Positions 51,411 through 60,231 of a stretch of DNA of 64,000 nt are shown piece after piece. A program made the position numbers and the translations under genes. The DNA comes from Betaproteobacteria bacterium (lineage in GTDB: Bacteria; Pseudomonadota; Gammaproteobacteria; Burkholderiales; SG8-39): NCBI GenBank assembly GCA_016177575.1, contig JACOVA010000103.1, forward strand, positions 6,822 through 70,821, written 5' to 3'. The notes below the pieces were generated by a model. The model saw only the letters and a list, made by a program, of their open reading frames with translations. It ran no database searches and was not told where the DNA came from. How positions within the stretch are numbered: position 1 is the first letter of the stretch; each line of letters begins with the position of its first letter.

Positions 51411-51662
51411 ATGAGAATCGCGTTGCTCGCACTGATTGCATTTTTCGCCGGGCCCGCGGCCGCGCAAGGGTCCGGCTCCTGCACGTTCGTCTACAATGTG
51501 TACGCGAAGCGGGTCGAATCGAGATGCCAGGGTATTCCCGCTGCACCGCTGGGAAGCCGGGAACGTCGGGCGCTTGCCACCGGCAAAGTGAAATCCTGCG
51601 TGGTCGAGGTGATCCGGGTCGATGCCAAGCGGGTGAAGGCCCAGCAGCCGGTCTGCCAGTAG
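51411..51662 (+). CDS. small secreted Cys-containing protein, unknown function
   Basis: 83 aa. SD gggaga ~8 nt upstream. Signal peptide MRIALLALIAFFAGPAAA|QG. Four Cys in the mature part. Same strand, 32 nt after pilY1. Confidence 0.55.
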   Translation: MRIALLALIAFFAGPAAAQGSGSCTFVYNVYAKRVESRCQGIPAAPLGSRERRALATGKVKSCVVEVIRVDAKRVKAQQPVCQ

Positions 51663-51675
51663 CGCCGAGCCGCAA

Positions 51676-52338
51676 GTGGATGCCGCCATGGCGGGGCCTG
51701 CGCCCTGGGAGCGCCTTGCCATCGCGCTCGCGATTTCGGCGAGCGCGCACCTTGCGCTGCTTGCGAACGCCCCGTTCGTGCCCGGCCTGAGCGAGGCGGC
51801 GCTGTTTGCCGGGCGGCCGCTGACGGCACGCATCGCCGCGGCGCCGGCCGATTCGGCGCCGCAGATCCCGGAGCCGGAGTCGCAGCAGCAGCGGCAGCCC
51901 GAGCCGCTGCCGCAGACCCCGCCCGAGGCCGCTGCCGAGCCGTCGCGCGCCGAGGCGCAGGCGAGCGCCGCGGGCTTGCCCGCGCCGGAGATCTTCTACC
52001 GCGGCAGCGAGGTCGACGAGCGCGCGGTCGCGACCAACACCCCGGACATCGAGTATCCCGAGCGCGCGTTCGCCGCTGGCACCTCCGGCACGGTCAGGCT
52101 GCGGCTCGTGATCGACCACCGCGGGGTGCTGCGCGAGGCGAGCGTGCTGGCGGCGGCGCCAGCGGGAGTATTCGAGGAGGCGGCGCTCAAGGCGGCGCGC
52201 TCGCTGAGATTCAGGCCGGCGATACGCAACGGCGTCGCGGTCGGCAGCATCAAGCTGATCGAAGTGCCCTTCGATCCGGACTGCATGCGCACCGGCAGCT
52301 GCATCCCGGAGGCGGGCGGCGCGAAGGCGAAGCCCTGA
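51676..52338 (+). CDS. TonB C-terminal domain protein (energy transducer TonB-like)
   Basis: N-terminal anchor LAIALAISASAHLALL, Pro/Glu/Gln-rich spacer, TonB-C domain IEYPERAFAAGTSGTVRLRLVIDHRGVLREASVL...FEEAALKAARSLRFRPA. GTG start at 51676, or ATG at 51688. Confidence 0.78.
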   Translation: MDAAMAGPAPWERLAIALAISASAHLALLANAPFVPGLSEAALFAGRPLTARIAAAPADSAPQIPEPESQQQRQPEPLPQTPPEAAAEPSRAEAQASAAGLPAPEIFYRGSEVDERAVATNTPDIEYPERAFAAGTSGTVRLRLVIDHRGVLREASVLAAAPAGVFEEAALKAARSLRFRPAIRNGVAVGSIKLIEVPFDPDCMRTGSCIPEAGGAKAKP

Positions 52339-52388
52339 GCCGCCGGGCGGGCGGCGTATAATGCCGCCCCTCAAGCTGCGCATGGCCC

Positions 52389-52464
<76 letters not shown>

Positions 52465-52483
52465 CCCAGCATACGAAAACGAT

Positions 52484-52864
52484 ATGGCTGCAAGAATTCT
52501 GGTGGTGGACGACGACGACAGTCTGCGCGAGCTCCTGCGCATGCACCTCGTCTCGGCCGGCTATGAAGTGAGCACCGCCGCCGACGGCATCAGCGCCGGC
52601 TACCTGGTGCTGAAGAGCCTGCCCGACCTGATCCTCTCGGACGTCAGCATGCCCCACATGGACGGCTTCGAGTTCGTCGCCGCGCTCAAGGCCGACAAGA
52701 CGCTGCCCGACATCCCGGTGATCTTCCTCACCTCGGTGGAGGAGGGCGAGCATCGCGGCAAGGAGCTGGGCGCGGTCGGCTACCTGACCAAGCCGGTGCG
52801 CGCCGACCGGTTGCTCGAGCTCGTCGCGCGCCACGTCCCCGGCGGCGCGATCCCGATCGGATAA
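52484..52864 (+). CDS. single-domain response regulator (CheY-like receiver)
   Basis: 126 aa. ILVVDDDDSLRELL, phospho-acceptor context DLILSDVSMPHMDGFEF, PVIFLTS, GYLTKP. Confidence 0.88.
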   Translation: MAARILVVDDDDSLRELLRMHLVSAGYEVSTAADGISAGYLVLKSLPDLILSDVSMPHMDGFEFVAALKADKTLPDIPVIFLTSVEEGEHRGKELGAVGYLTKPVRADRLLELVARHVPGGAIPIG

Positions 52865-52918
52865 AAAACAGGGACAGACCACGTTTTCCTCTAGGAAAAC
52901 GTGGTCTGTCCCTGTTTT
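52865..52918. terminator. bidirectional intrinsic terminator, perfect 25-bp stem
   Basis: aaaacagggacagaccacgttttcc-tcta-ggaaaacgtggtctgtccctgtttt. The A-run on one side and T-run on the other give a U-tract in both orientations. It lies exactly between the convergent receiver gene and the SPOR gene. Confidence 0.75.
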
Positions 52919-52919
52919 G

Positions 52920-53570
52920 TTACTGGCAGTCGCGCAGCTCGGTGCCCGGAAAGCCCTGGGCGAGATCCCTCAGCTTCGCCTGCAGCGGCGCGTCGGCGCC
53001 GCGCACCTGGAACCACAGCTTGGCGACCTGCGCCTCGCGCTCGCCGGTCTGCGCGCTGCGGACCCCCTTCGCCCGCAACGTTTCGAGGCGGCTTTGGGCG
53101 GCTTCTTCGGTGCGGAACACGCCGAGCGAGATCGCCCAGCGCATGCTGCCTTCCTCCTGGACGACGAAGAAATCGCCGACGCCGAGCGCCTTGAGCTCGG
53201 CGGTCTTCTTCAGCGCCGCCGGCCGGCTGCCCTGCGGCGGGATGAAGACCCACCACCCCGCGGTCTCCTCGGTGCGCCGCTGCGCCAGCCGTGCGCCGAG
53301 CGCAAGCGGCTGCAGCGCCTGCTCGGCGCGCGGCGCCTCCGCCAGCGCGAAGCCGCCCCATTCGGTGCAGCCTTTCGGCGGCGGTTCCGCACCGCCCTTG
53401 CGGGCCGGCAGCCCGGCCAGCTCCTGGCCGCTCAGGATGCGGATCTTCTCCGGGCTGATCTGGCGGCCGAGCGGCTCGCGGTCCGATGCGCTCTCGGGCG
53501 CGGCGTAATAGCGCGACCAGGCATACAGCGCCAGGTTCGCCGCCAGCAGCAGCAGGAAGAACGCCCTCAT
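52920..53570 (-). CDS. SPOR domain-containing protein
   Basis: Start placed at MRAFFLLLLAANLALYAW (membrane anchor), overlapping the coaX stop. C-terminal SPOR-like WAISLGVFRTEEAAQSRLETLRAKGV. The track ORF extends to 53654. Confidence 0.75.
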   Translation of the reverse strand: MRAFFLLLLAANLALYAWSRYYAAPESASDREPLGRQISPEKIRILSGQELAGLPARKGGAEPPPKGCTEWGGFALAEAPRAEQALQPLALGARLAQRRTEETAGWWVFIPPQGSRPAALKKTAELKALGVGDFFVVQEEGSMRWAISLGVFRTEEAAQSRLETLRAKGVRSAQTGEREAQVAKLWFQVRGADAPLQAKLRDLAQGFPGTELRDCQ

Positions 53571-54337
53571 GAGGAAGCCGGGGTTCGCGCCGAAGACCTG
53601 GCGAGCGCGATGCGCGCCAGGCCCTCGAGAACCAGGTTCTCCACGTACCGGCACGGCAGGTCGAGCTGCTCGATGAGCGCCTTGCCCCCGCCCCCCGACA
53701 CCAGGCAGCGGCTGTCGCTGCCGATTGCGCGGTACATGCGCTCGACGGCGCCCGCCTGCGCGTGGCGGCAGCCGGTTTCGATCGCATCAAGCGTATTGCG
53801 CGGCGTCTTCACGAAGCTGCCATCCTGCAGCGGCAGGCGTCCGGTGTGCTCGTGCAGCACGAAGCGCATCAGGTCGACCCCCGGCAGGATGACGCCGCCG
53901 AGGAATTCGCCGCCGCCCGAGAGCGCGTCGGCGGTGGTCGCGGTCCCGGCGTTGACCACCAGGCAGCTGCGGCCCGGCTCGAGCGCGCGCGCCGCGATCA
54001 GCGAGGCCCAGCGGTCGGGGCCGAGCTGCTCCGGGCGATGGTAGCGGTTCTTCACGCCGCACAGCTCGCGCTCGCCCTTCACCCACAGCGGCTCGGCATC
54101 GAAAATGCTGAGCCAGTTGACGAGCAGCTGGTGCGCGCCCTCGCCCGCGACATTCGAGATCACGATGCGCGACGGATTCTCGTGCGTCGCGGAGAACGGG
54201 TTGATGTGGTCGCTCGTGGCAGCGAACTCGATCAGCGACACCGTGGCGATGCTCGACCAGTGGCCGCTGCCGCGCCTGCCGGCGACATACCAGCCCCACT
54301 TGACGCGCGAATTGCCGGCGTCGATCGCCAGGATCAC
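53567..54337 (-). CDS. coaX: type III pantothenate kinase
   Basis: MILAIDAGNSRVKWG..., NAGTATT, 256 aa. Overlaps the birA stop by 4 nt. Confidence 0.9.
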   Translation of the reverse strand: MILAIDAGNSRVKWGWYVAGRRGSGHWSSIATVSLIEFAATSDHINPFSATHENPSRIVISNVAGEGAHQLLVNWLSIFDAEPLWVKGERELCGVKNRYHRPEQLGPDRWASLIAARALEPGRSCLVVNAGTATTADALSGGGEFLGGVILPGVDLMRFVLHEHTGRLPLQDGSFVKTPRNTLDAIETGCRHAQAGAVERMYRAIGSDSRCLVSGGGGKALIEQLDLPCRYVENLVLEGLARIALARSSARTPASS

Positions 54338-55122
54338 GCGGCCCGGGCCCGCGGCGCGCGCGCCGCTCGTGCAGAAACGACGCGGCCGCTCGACACTTCC
54401 CTGGTCCCGGAACGGGTGCGCAGGCGCAGAGCCCCGTCAGGTGCCACGCCGTCCGCGAATCCGCTCACGCTATGGCCGTCGTCAAGGCGTACGCGCAGCC
54501 GCTGGCCTTCGTGCGCGTGCAGCGCACGCCAGTCGTCGACGAACCCGGGCAGCCCCGAGCGCTCGAAGGCCTCGAGCGCCCGCAGCACCTCGCGCGCGAC
54601 CGCCGCGATCACGGCGTTGCGCGCCGGGGCGGGCCGCAGCAGCGCCTCGAGCGAGATCGCGCGGCGGCGCAGCCGCGCGCCCTGCGCGGGCCGGCGACGG
54701 CAGTTGATGCCGATGCCGACCACCACGCTGGTCGCGGATCCCTGCTGCCGCGTTTCGATCAGGATTCCGCCCAGCTTGGCCTCGCCGACCAGCAGATCGT
54801 TCGGCCACTTGAGCGCCACCGCGCCGGCGCCGAGGGCGCGCAGCGCGCGCGCCGCGGCCACCCCGACCGCGAGCGAAAGCCCGGAGAGCCGCCGCGCAGC
54901 GCAGCGCATGCGGCGCAGGATCGAGAACGTCGCCCCCGCGCCGGGCGCGGAATGCCACTTGCGGCCGCGCCTGCCGCGGCCGCCGGTCTGGACTTCGGCC
55001 GCGAGCAGCACGGGATGCGCCGCATCTTCCGCGAGCAGGACGGCGTTGGTGGACGTGCAGCGCTCGAGCACCCGGATTTCAAGCCCGGGAACGGAAATCT
55101 GCGCTTGGTCGAGCCGGTCCAT
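54334..55122 (-). CDS. birA: biotin--[acetyl-CoA-carboxylase] ligase (group I, no N-terminal HTH)
   Basis: GGRGRRGRKWHS, KWPNDLLVGEAKLGGILIE. 262 aa with no DNA-binding N-domain. Confidence 0.88.
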   Translation of the reverse strand: MDRLDQAQISVPGLEIRVLERCTSTNAVLLAEDAAHPVLLAAEVQTGGRGRRGRKWHSAPGAGATFSILRRMRCAARRLSGLSLAVGVAAARALRALGAGAVALKWPNDLLVGEAKLGGILIETRQQGSATSVVVGIGINCRRRPAQGARLRRRAISLEALLRPAPARNAVIAAVAREVLRALEAFERSGLPGFVDDWRALHAHEGQRLRVRLDDGHSVSGFADGVAPDGALRLRTRSGTREVSSGRVVSARAARAPRARAA

Positions 55123-55131
55123 GGATCGATT

Positions 55132-56751
55132 CTACGTTGAAGCAAAAGCAAAGCCGCGCCCCGGGGCGGCATCGAACAGCGCGCGCGTGTATTCGTGCCG
55201 GGGACGCAGGAACACCTCTTCGGCGGCGCCATACTCGACGATGCGGCCGCGCTGCATCACGGCGACGTGGTCGCACACCTGGGCGGCGACGCGCAGGTCG
55301 TGCGTGATGAACAGCATCGCCAGGTCGAGCCGGGTGCGGATCTCCTCGAGCAGCTGCAGCACCTGCGCCTGCACCGAGACGTCGAGCGCCGACACCGCCT
55401 CGTCAGCGACCAGCAGCTCGGGCTCCATCGCCAGCGCGCGCGCGATGCAGATGCGCTGGCGCTGGCCGCCGGAGAACTGGTGCGGGTAGCGCGCGAGCGC
55501 CTGCGCGTCCATACGCACCAGCTCCATCAGGCGGCGCGCGCGCTCCAGCGCCTCGCGGCGCGGCACGCCGTAATTGAGCGGCCCCTCGATGATCGCCTCG
55601 CCGACCGTGCGCCGCGGATTGAGCGAGCGGTACGGGTCCTGGAACACGATCTGCACGCGGCGCCGCAGCGGCCGCAGCGTGCGCGCCGGCATGCGCGCGA
55701 TATCGACGCCGCCGAGCCGGATCTGGCCGCCGCTCGGTTCGACCAGGCGCACGATGCAGCGCGCGACCGTCGACTTGCCCGAGCCGGATTCGCCGACGAT
55801 GCCGAGCGTCTGGCCGCGGCGCACCTCGAGCGTGACGTCCTGTGCCGCGCGCACCTCGCGCCGCGGCCCGAGCCAGCGGCGCTCGGCGTAGGTCTTGCAG
55901 AGCTCGCGGGTCTCGAGCACCAGCGGCGCATCCTGCAGCGCGGGGCGCGCGTGCGGCCGCATCTTCGGAGTCAGCGTCGGCACCGAGCCGATCAGCATGC
56001 GGGTGTATTCGTGCCGCGGCCGCTTCAGCACCTCGTCGCGCGGCCCGAGCTCGACCAGCTCGCCCAGGCGCAGCACCGCGACGCGGTGGGCGATCTCGGC
56101 GACGACGCCGAAATCGTGCGTGATGAACAGCACCCCGGTGCCATGTCTTTTTTGCAGTTCAAGAATCAAAGTCAGAATCTGCGACTGAGTCGTGACGTCG
56201 AGCGCGGTGGTCGGCTCGTCGGCGATCAGCAGCGCCGGATCGAGCACCAGCGCCATGGCGATCATGATGCGCTGGCGCTGGCCGCCGGAGAGCTGGTGCG
56301 GGTAGGAGGCGATCATGCGCTGCGGATCGGGCAGCGCCACCTCGCGCACGATGTCGAGGATTTTCCTTTTTCTTTCAGGCAAGCGCATTTCGCTGTGGAA
56401 GCGCAGCACCTCCTCGATCTGGTCGCCGCAGGTCATGACCGGGTTGAGCGCGGTCATCGGCTCCTGGAAGATCATCGACATGCGCGTGGTGCGCAGCTGG
56501 CGCAGCCTTGCTTCCGGCACGCGGGAGATGTTCTCGTCCATGAGCGAGATCGTGCCCGCGCGAATCGGCAGACTGGCGGGCAGCAGGCCCATCACGCTCT
56601 GCGCGATCACCGATTTGCCCGAGCCCGACTCGCCGACCAGGCAGACGATCTCGCCGCGCTCGACCGTGAGGGAGACGCGCGAGGCCGCCTCGGGCCGCTC
56701 GGCGCCGGCGGGCAGGCCGATCGTCAATCCGCTCAATGCCAGAACGCTCAT
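55132..56751 (-). CDS. ABC transporter ATP-binding protein with duplicated ATPase domains (GsiA/DppDF-fusion-like)
   Basis: 539 aa from [11 protein letters not shown]. Two Walker A motifs ([18 protein letters not shown]), two signature motifs LSGGQRQR, two Walker B motifs ([24 protein letters not shown]). The ATG overlaps the permease stop (ATGA). Confidence 0.9.
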   Translation of the reverse strand: MSVLALSGLTIGLPAGAERPEAASRVSLTVERGEIVCLVGESGSGKSVIAQSVMGLLPASLPIRAGTISLMDENISRVPEARLRQLRTTRMSMIFQEPMTALNPVMTCGDQIEEVLRFHSEMRLPERKRKILDIVREVALPDPQRMIASYPHQLSGGQRQRIMIAMALVLDPALLIADEPTTALDVTTQSQILTLILELQKRHGTGVLFITHDFGVVAEIAHRVAVLRLGELVELGPRDEVLKRPRHEYTRMLIGSVPTLTPKMRPHARPALQDAPLVLETRELCKTYAERRWLGPRREVRAAQDVTLEVRRGQTLGIVGESGSGKSTVARCIVRLVEPSGGQIRLGGVDIARMPARTLRPLRRRVQIVFQDPYRSLNPRRTVGEAIIEGPLNYGVPRREALERARRLMELVRMDAQALARYPHQFSGGQRQRICIARALAMEPELLVADEAVSALDVSVQAQVLQLLEEIRTRLDLAMLFITHDLRVAAQVCDHVAVMQRGRIVEYGAAEEVFLRPRHEYTRALFDAAPGRGFAFAST

Positions 56752-57605
56752 ACCCGCTTGGCCATCTTCGGATCGAGCGTGTCGCGCAGCCCGTCGCCGA
56801 GGATGTTGACCGCGAGCACGGTCGCGGCGAGGAACACGCCCGGAAAGAAGATGTTGTGCGGATAGTCGTTGAACTGCGCGCGGCCCTCGGCCATGACGTT
56901 GCCCCAGGTCGGGATGTCGGGCGGCAGGCCGACGCCGAGGAAGGACAGGATCGCCTCGACCAGGATCGAGAAGGCGCAGATGTAGGTCGCCTGCACCACC
57001 AGCGGCGCGATGCAGTTCGGCAGGATGTGGCCGAACATGATCTTGCGCGTCGGCGTGCCGAGCGCGATCGCCGCCTCGACGTAGGGCTCCTCGCGGATCG
57101 TGAGCACGAGCGAGCGCACCAGGCGCGTGACGCGCGGAATCTCGGGAATCGCGATCGCGACCACCACCGTGGCGAGGCTGCCACGCCACATCGCCACCAG
57201 CGCGATCGCGACCAGGATCGCCGGGATCGCCATCAGGCCGTCCATGAAGCGCATCAGCAGGCCGTCCAGCCAGCGCAGGTAGCCGCTCGCCAGGCCGCAC
57301 ACGATGCCGATCGAGAGCGCGAGCAGCGCGCACAGGATGCCGACCAGCAGCGACACGCGCGTGCCGTAGATCACCCGGCTGTAGACGTCGCGGCCGAAGG
57401 AGTCCGAGCCCATGAGAAAGACGTGCTTCATGGTCTCGCCGTCCAGGTCGGTGATCTCGCCCGCCTCGCCCGGGCGCAGGTCCCGGCTGGCGGCGTCGAA
57501 CAGCGTCGGATCGACCGTCCCCAGCCACGGCGCGGCGAGGGCGATCAGCACCAGGGCGGCGAGGGCGCCGCCGCCGATGCGTACCGACCAGTTGCCCAGG
57601 ATCAT
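56748..57605 (-). CDS. ABC peptide/nickel-type transporter permease (DppC/GsiD-like)
   Basis: 285 aa from MILGNWSVRIGG. HVFLMGSDSFGRDVYSRVIYG and the EAA-loop region EPYVEAAIALGTPTRKIMFGHILPN. Confidence 0.88.
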   Translation of the reverse strand: MILGNWSVRIGGGALAALVLIALAAPWLGTVDPTLFDAASRDLRPGEAGEITDLDGETMKHVFLMGSDSFGRDVYSRVIYGTRVSLLVGILCALLALSIGIVCGLASGYLRWLDGLLMRFMDGLMAIPAILVAIALVAMWRGSLATVVVAIAIPEIPRVTRLVRSLVLTIREEPYVEAAIALGTPTRKIMFGHILPNCIAPLVVQATYICAFSILVEAILSFLGVGLPPDIPTWGNVMAEGRAQFNDYPHNIFFPGVFLAATVLAVNILGDGLRDTLDPKMAKRV

Positions 57606-57610
57606 GTTCG

Positions 57611-58552
57611 TCAGTAGCGGATGCGCGGGTCGAGGAACACGTACGAGAGGTCGATCAGGAAGTTGATCAGCACGTAAGCGAAGGAGAAGAACAGGATCAC
57701 GCCCTGGATGGTCGGGAAGTCGCGCGCCAGCACCGCGTCCACGGTGAGCCGGCCCAGCCCCGGGATCGCGTAGACGGATTCGGTGACCACCACGCCGCCG
57801 ATCAGCAGCGCGATGCCGATGCCGATCACGGTCACGATGGGAACCGCGGCGTTGGCGAGCGCATGGTGGACCAGCACGCGGATCTCGGGCAGGCCCTTGG
57901 CGCGCGCGGTGCGGATGTAGTCCTCGCCCAGCGCCTCCAGCACCGAGGCGCGCGTCACCCGGGCGATCAGCGCGATGTAGATCACCGACAGCGTGACCGA
58001 GGGCAGAACCAGGTGGCGCAGGAAGGTCCAGAAGCCGTCGCCGATGCGCTGGTAGCCCTGCACCGGCAACAGCCCCAGCCTGAGCGAGACGACGTAGATC
58101 AGGATGTAGGCGAGCACGAACACCGGCACCGAGAAGCCGAGCACCGACAAACCCATGAGCGCGCGGTCGAACCAGCCGCCGAAACGCCACGCGGCGAGCA
58201 CGCCGAGCGGCACCGCGACCGCGACCGCGATCAGGATGGTGAGCGTGGAGAGCGCGAGCGTGGGCTCGAGGCGCTGGCCGATCAGCGTCGCCACCTTGGT
58301 CTTGTAGTAGAACGACTCGCCCAGGTCGCCCTGCAGGACGTTGCCGATCCAGATGCCGAACTGTGCCAGGATCGGGCGGTCGAGGCCGAGCCCGGTGCGG
58401 ATGCGCGCGATCTGCTCGGTCGAGGCCGCGTCGCCGGCCAGGATCGCCGCCGGGTCGCCCGGCGCCAGGCGCAGCACCAGGAACACCAGCACCGCGACGA
58501 TCAGCAGCACCGGGACGGTCGCGGCGATGCGGCGCAGGATGAAGGTCAGCAT
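57611..58552 (-). CDS. ABC peptide/nickel-type transporter permease (DppB/GsiC-like)
   Basis: MLTFILRRIAATVPVLLIVAVLVFLVLRLAPGDP is the canonical DppB N-terminus. EDYIRTARAKGL EAA loop. Confidence 0.9.
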   Translation of the reverse strand: MLTFILRRIAATVPVLLIVAVLVFLVLRLAPGDPAAILAGDAASTEQIARIRTGLGLDRPILAQFGIWIGNVLQGDLGESFYYKTKVATLIGQRLEPTLALSTLTILIAVAVAVPLGVLAAWRFGGWFDRALMGLSVLGFSVPVFVLAYILIYVVSLRLGLLPVQGYQRIGDGFWTFLRHLVLPSVTLSVIYIALIARVTRASVLEALGEDYIRTARAKGLPEIRVLVHHALANAAVPIVTVIGIGIALLIGGVVVTESVYAIPGLGRLTVDAVLARDFPTIQGVILFFSFAYVLINFLIDLSYVFLDPRIRY

Positions 58553-58554
58553 GC

Positions 58555-58580
58555 AAAAAAACGGCCCCGCTCAGGGGCCG
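58555..58580 (-). terminator. intra-operon intrinsic terminator/attenuator between binding-protein and permease genes
   Basis: Minus strand reads CGGCCCC-tgagc-GGGGCCG followed by TTTTTTT. The U-tract ends 2 nt before the permease ATG. Confidence 0.6.
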
Positions 58581-58598
58581 TCGCCATTTGACACGTCG

Positions 58599-58616
58599 TC
58601 CCCGCGCAAGCGGGGA
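58599..58616 (-). other. GC-rich hairpin with 4-nt loop just 3' of the binding-protein gene
   Basis: tccccgc-gcaa-gcgggga (7-bp stem) begins 5 nt after the stop at 58621-58623. No U-tract. Possible mRNA-stabilising stem-loop. Confidence 0.4.
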
Positions 58617-58620
58617 GCCA

Positions 58621-60186
58621 TCAGTTCTTCTTCAAGTTCCAGTAGAAATTACCGGTCTGGCGGAAATGCCCGCTGATGTTCTTGCGCGCCGCGAGCGGCG
58701 CGTCGAACTCCCCGAGCGGCACGTGGGTCGCGACTTCGAACGCCCGCGCCTGGATCGCCTCGGCGAGCTTCTTTCTCTTCGCCGCGTCGGTCTCGCGCAT
58801 GAACTGGCTCTTCAGCTCGACGATCTTGTCGTCCTTGCCCCAGCCGAACCAGCCCGAGGCCTCGCCGCGCGTGTCGAGCGCCGCGTTGGCGATCGGGTTC
58901 CAGATGTCCGGCCCCTGCCAGGCGGTGAGGAACATGTTCCAGCCGCCCTTGTCGGGCGGATCCTTCTTGGCGCGCCGGCCGACCAGGGTCTGCCAGTCCA
59001 TCGCCTGCAGGTCCACCTTGAAGCCCGCCTGCCTGAGCAGCTGCGCGGCGACGTCGGGCAGCTTGTCGATTGCCGCCAGATCGGTCGGCTTCATCAGCAC
59101 CACCGGCGTGCCGTCGTAGCCCGAGGCCTTGAGCAGCGCCTGCGCCTTTTTCATGTTCGACTTCGCCTGGATGTCGCTGCCCGCGCTGCTCGCGTAGGGC
59201 GTGCCGCAGGTAAACATCGAGGGGCACTTCTTGTAGAGCTCCTTCACGCCCACCTGCGCGCGCAGGAACGGCTCCTGCGCGAACGCCGCCATCGCGGCCT
59301 GGCGCACCTGCGGGTTGTCGAAGGGCTTGTGCAGGTGGTTGAAGCGCGCCATGTACTGCAGCGGCACCGGGCTGTAGTTGTAGACGACGATGTTCGGGTC
59401 CTTCTTCAGCCCCGGTATGAGCGGGAAGGAGGGCTGCTCGACGATGTCCACCTCGCCCTTCTGCAGCGCGTTGACCTGCGCCTGCGCGTCGCGCAGCGCG
59501 AGGTTCCACTCGACGCGGTCGACGTACACGCGCTTGCCGCCCGCCGAGCCCGAGGGCGGCTCCTTGCGCGGCACGTACTTGGCGTTCTTCGCGTACACCG
59601 CCTTGTCGCCGGGCTTGAACTCCTCTTTTACGAAGACGTAGGGGCCCGAGCCGATGTGCTCCTCGATCTGCTTGAAGGCGTCGGTCTCGGCGATGCGCTT
59701 CGGCATGATGAAGGGCACGTTGGAGGAGGGCTTGCCGAGCGCCTCCAGCACGAAGCCGCAGGGCTCCTTGAGCGAGATGCGGAAGGAGTCGGCCCCGGTC
59801 GCCTCCATCTTGTCGACGAAGCCCATCATGGCGACGCCCATGGCGTCGCGCTTGCCCCAGCGCGCGAGCGACGCGACCACGTCCTCGCCCGTCACCGGCT
59901 TGCCGTCGTGGAACGCGAGGCCCTTGCGCAGCGTGAAGTCCCAGGTCTTCTTGTCGGCGGACAGCTTCCAGCTCTCCACCATCTGCGGCTTGATCTGGCT
60001 CTTCTCGTCGGTGCCGAACAGGGTGTCGTAGATCATGTAGCCGTGGTTGCGGCTCATGTAGGCGGTGGTCCAGATCGGGTCGAGGATGCTCAGGTTCGAG
60101 TGCGGCACCACGCGCAGCACTTTGTCTTGAGCATTTGCGGCGCCGAACGCCGCTGCGAACATCAGCAAGGAAATCAGCTTACGCAT
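58621..60186 (-). CDS. ABC transporter substrate-binding protein, family 5 (peptide/glutathione/nickel type)
   Basis: 521 aa. Signal peptide MRKLISLLMFAAAFGAANA. SBP_bac_5-like sequence throughout. Heads the permease/ATPase operon. Confidence 0.88.
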   Translation of the reverse strand: MRKLISLLMFAAAFGAANAQDKVLRVVPHSNLSILDPIWTTAYMSRNHGYMIYDTLFGTDEKSQIKPQMVESWKLSADKKTWDFTLRKGLAFHDGKPVTGEDVVASLARWGKRDAMGVAMMGFVDKMEATGADSFRISLKEPCGFVLEALGKPSSNVPFIMPKRIAETDAFKQIEEHIGSGPYVFVKEEFKPGDKAVYAKNAKYVPRKEPPSGSAGGKRVYVDRVEWNLALRDAQAQVNALQKGEVDIVEQPSFPLIPGLKKDPNIVVYNYSPVPLQYMARFNHLHKPFDNPQVRQAAMAAFAQEPFLRAQVGVKELYKKCPSMFTCGTPYASSAGSDIQAKSNMKKAQALLKASGYDGTPVVLMKPTDLAAIDKLPDVAAQLLRQAGFKVDLQAMDWQTLVGRRAKKDPPDKGGWNMFLTAWQGPDIWNPIANAALDTRGEASGWFGWGKDDKIVELKSQFMRETDAAKRKKLAEAIQARAFEVATHVPLGEFDAPLAARKNISGHFRQTGNFYWNLKKN

Positions 60187-60231
60187 GAGAAAATCCCTTC
60201 AGAGAAACATCCCAAAACAGGGTATCAGGGC

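Noticed and set aside
52465-52920. Genomic island or integrase-mediated insertion at the tRNA-Thr 3' end
   Set aside because: No integrase gene is present. I found no direct repeat of the tRNA 3' end downstream. The receiver gene is followed directly by conserved birA-coaX-SPOR synteny.
56755-57528. N-terminal extension of the 798-aa ORF containing the double-ATPase gene
   Set aside because: It lies inside the permease gene in another frame. The ATPase starts at MSVLALSG, with ATGA coupling to the permease stop.
58588-60231. N-terminal 548 codons of the 1049-aa plus-strand ORF that ends as the MlrC-like gene
   Set aside because: This part is antisense to the well-supported binding-protein gene and translates to Arg/Leu/His-rich nonsense. 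MlrC homology begins at MARIAIGGMQHETN (60232).
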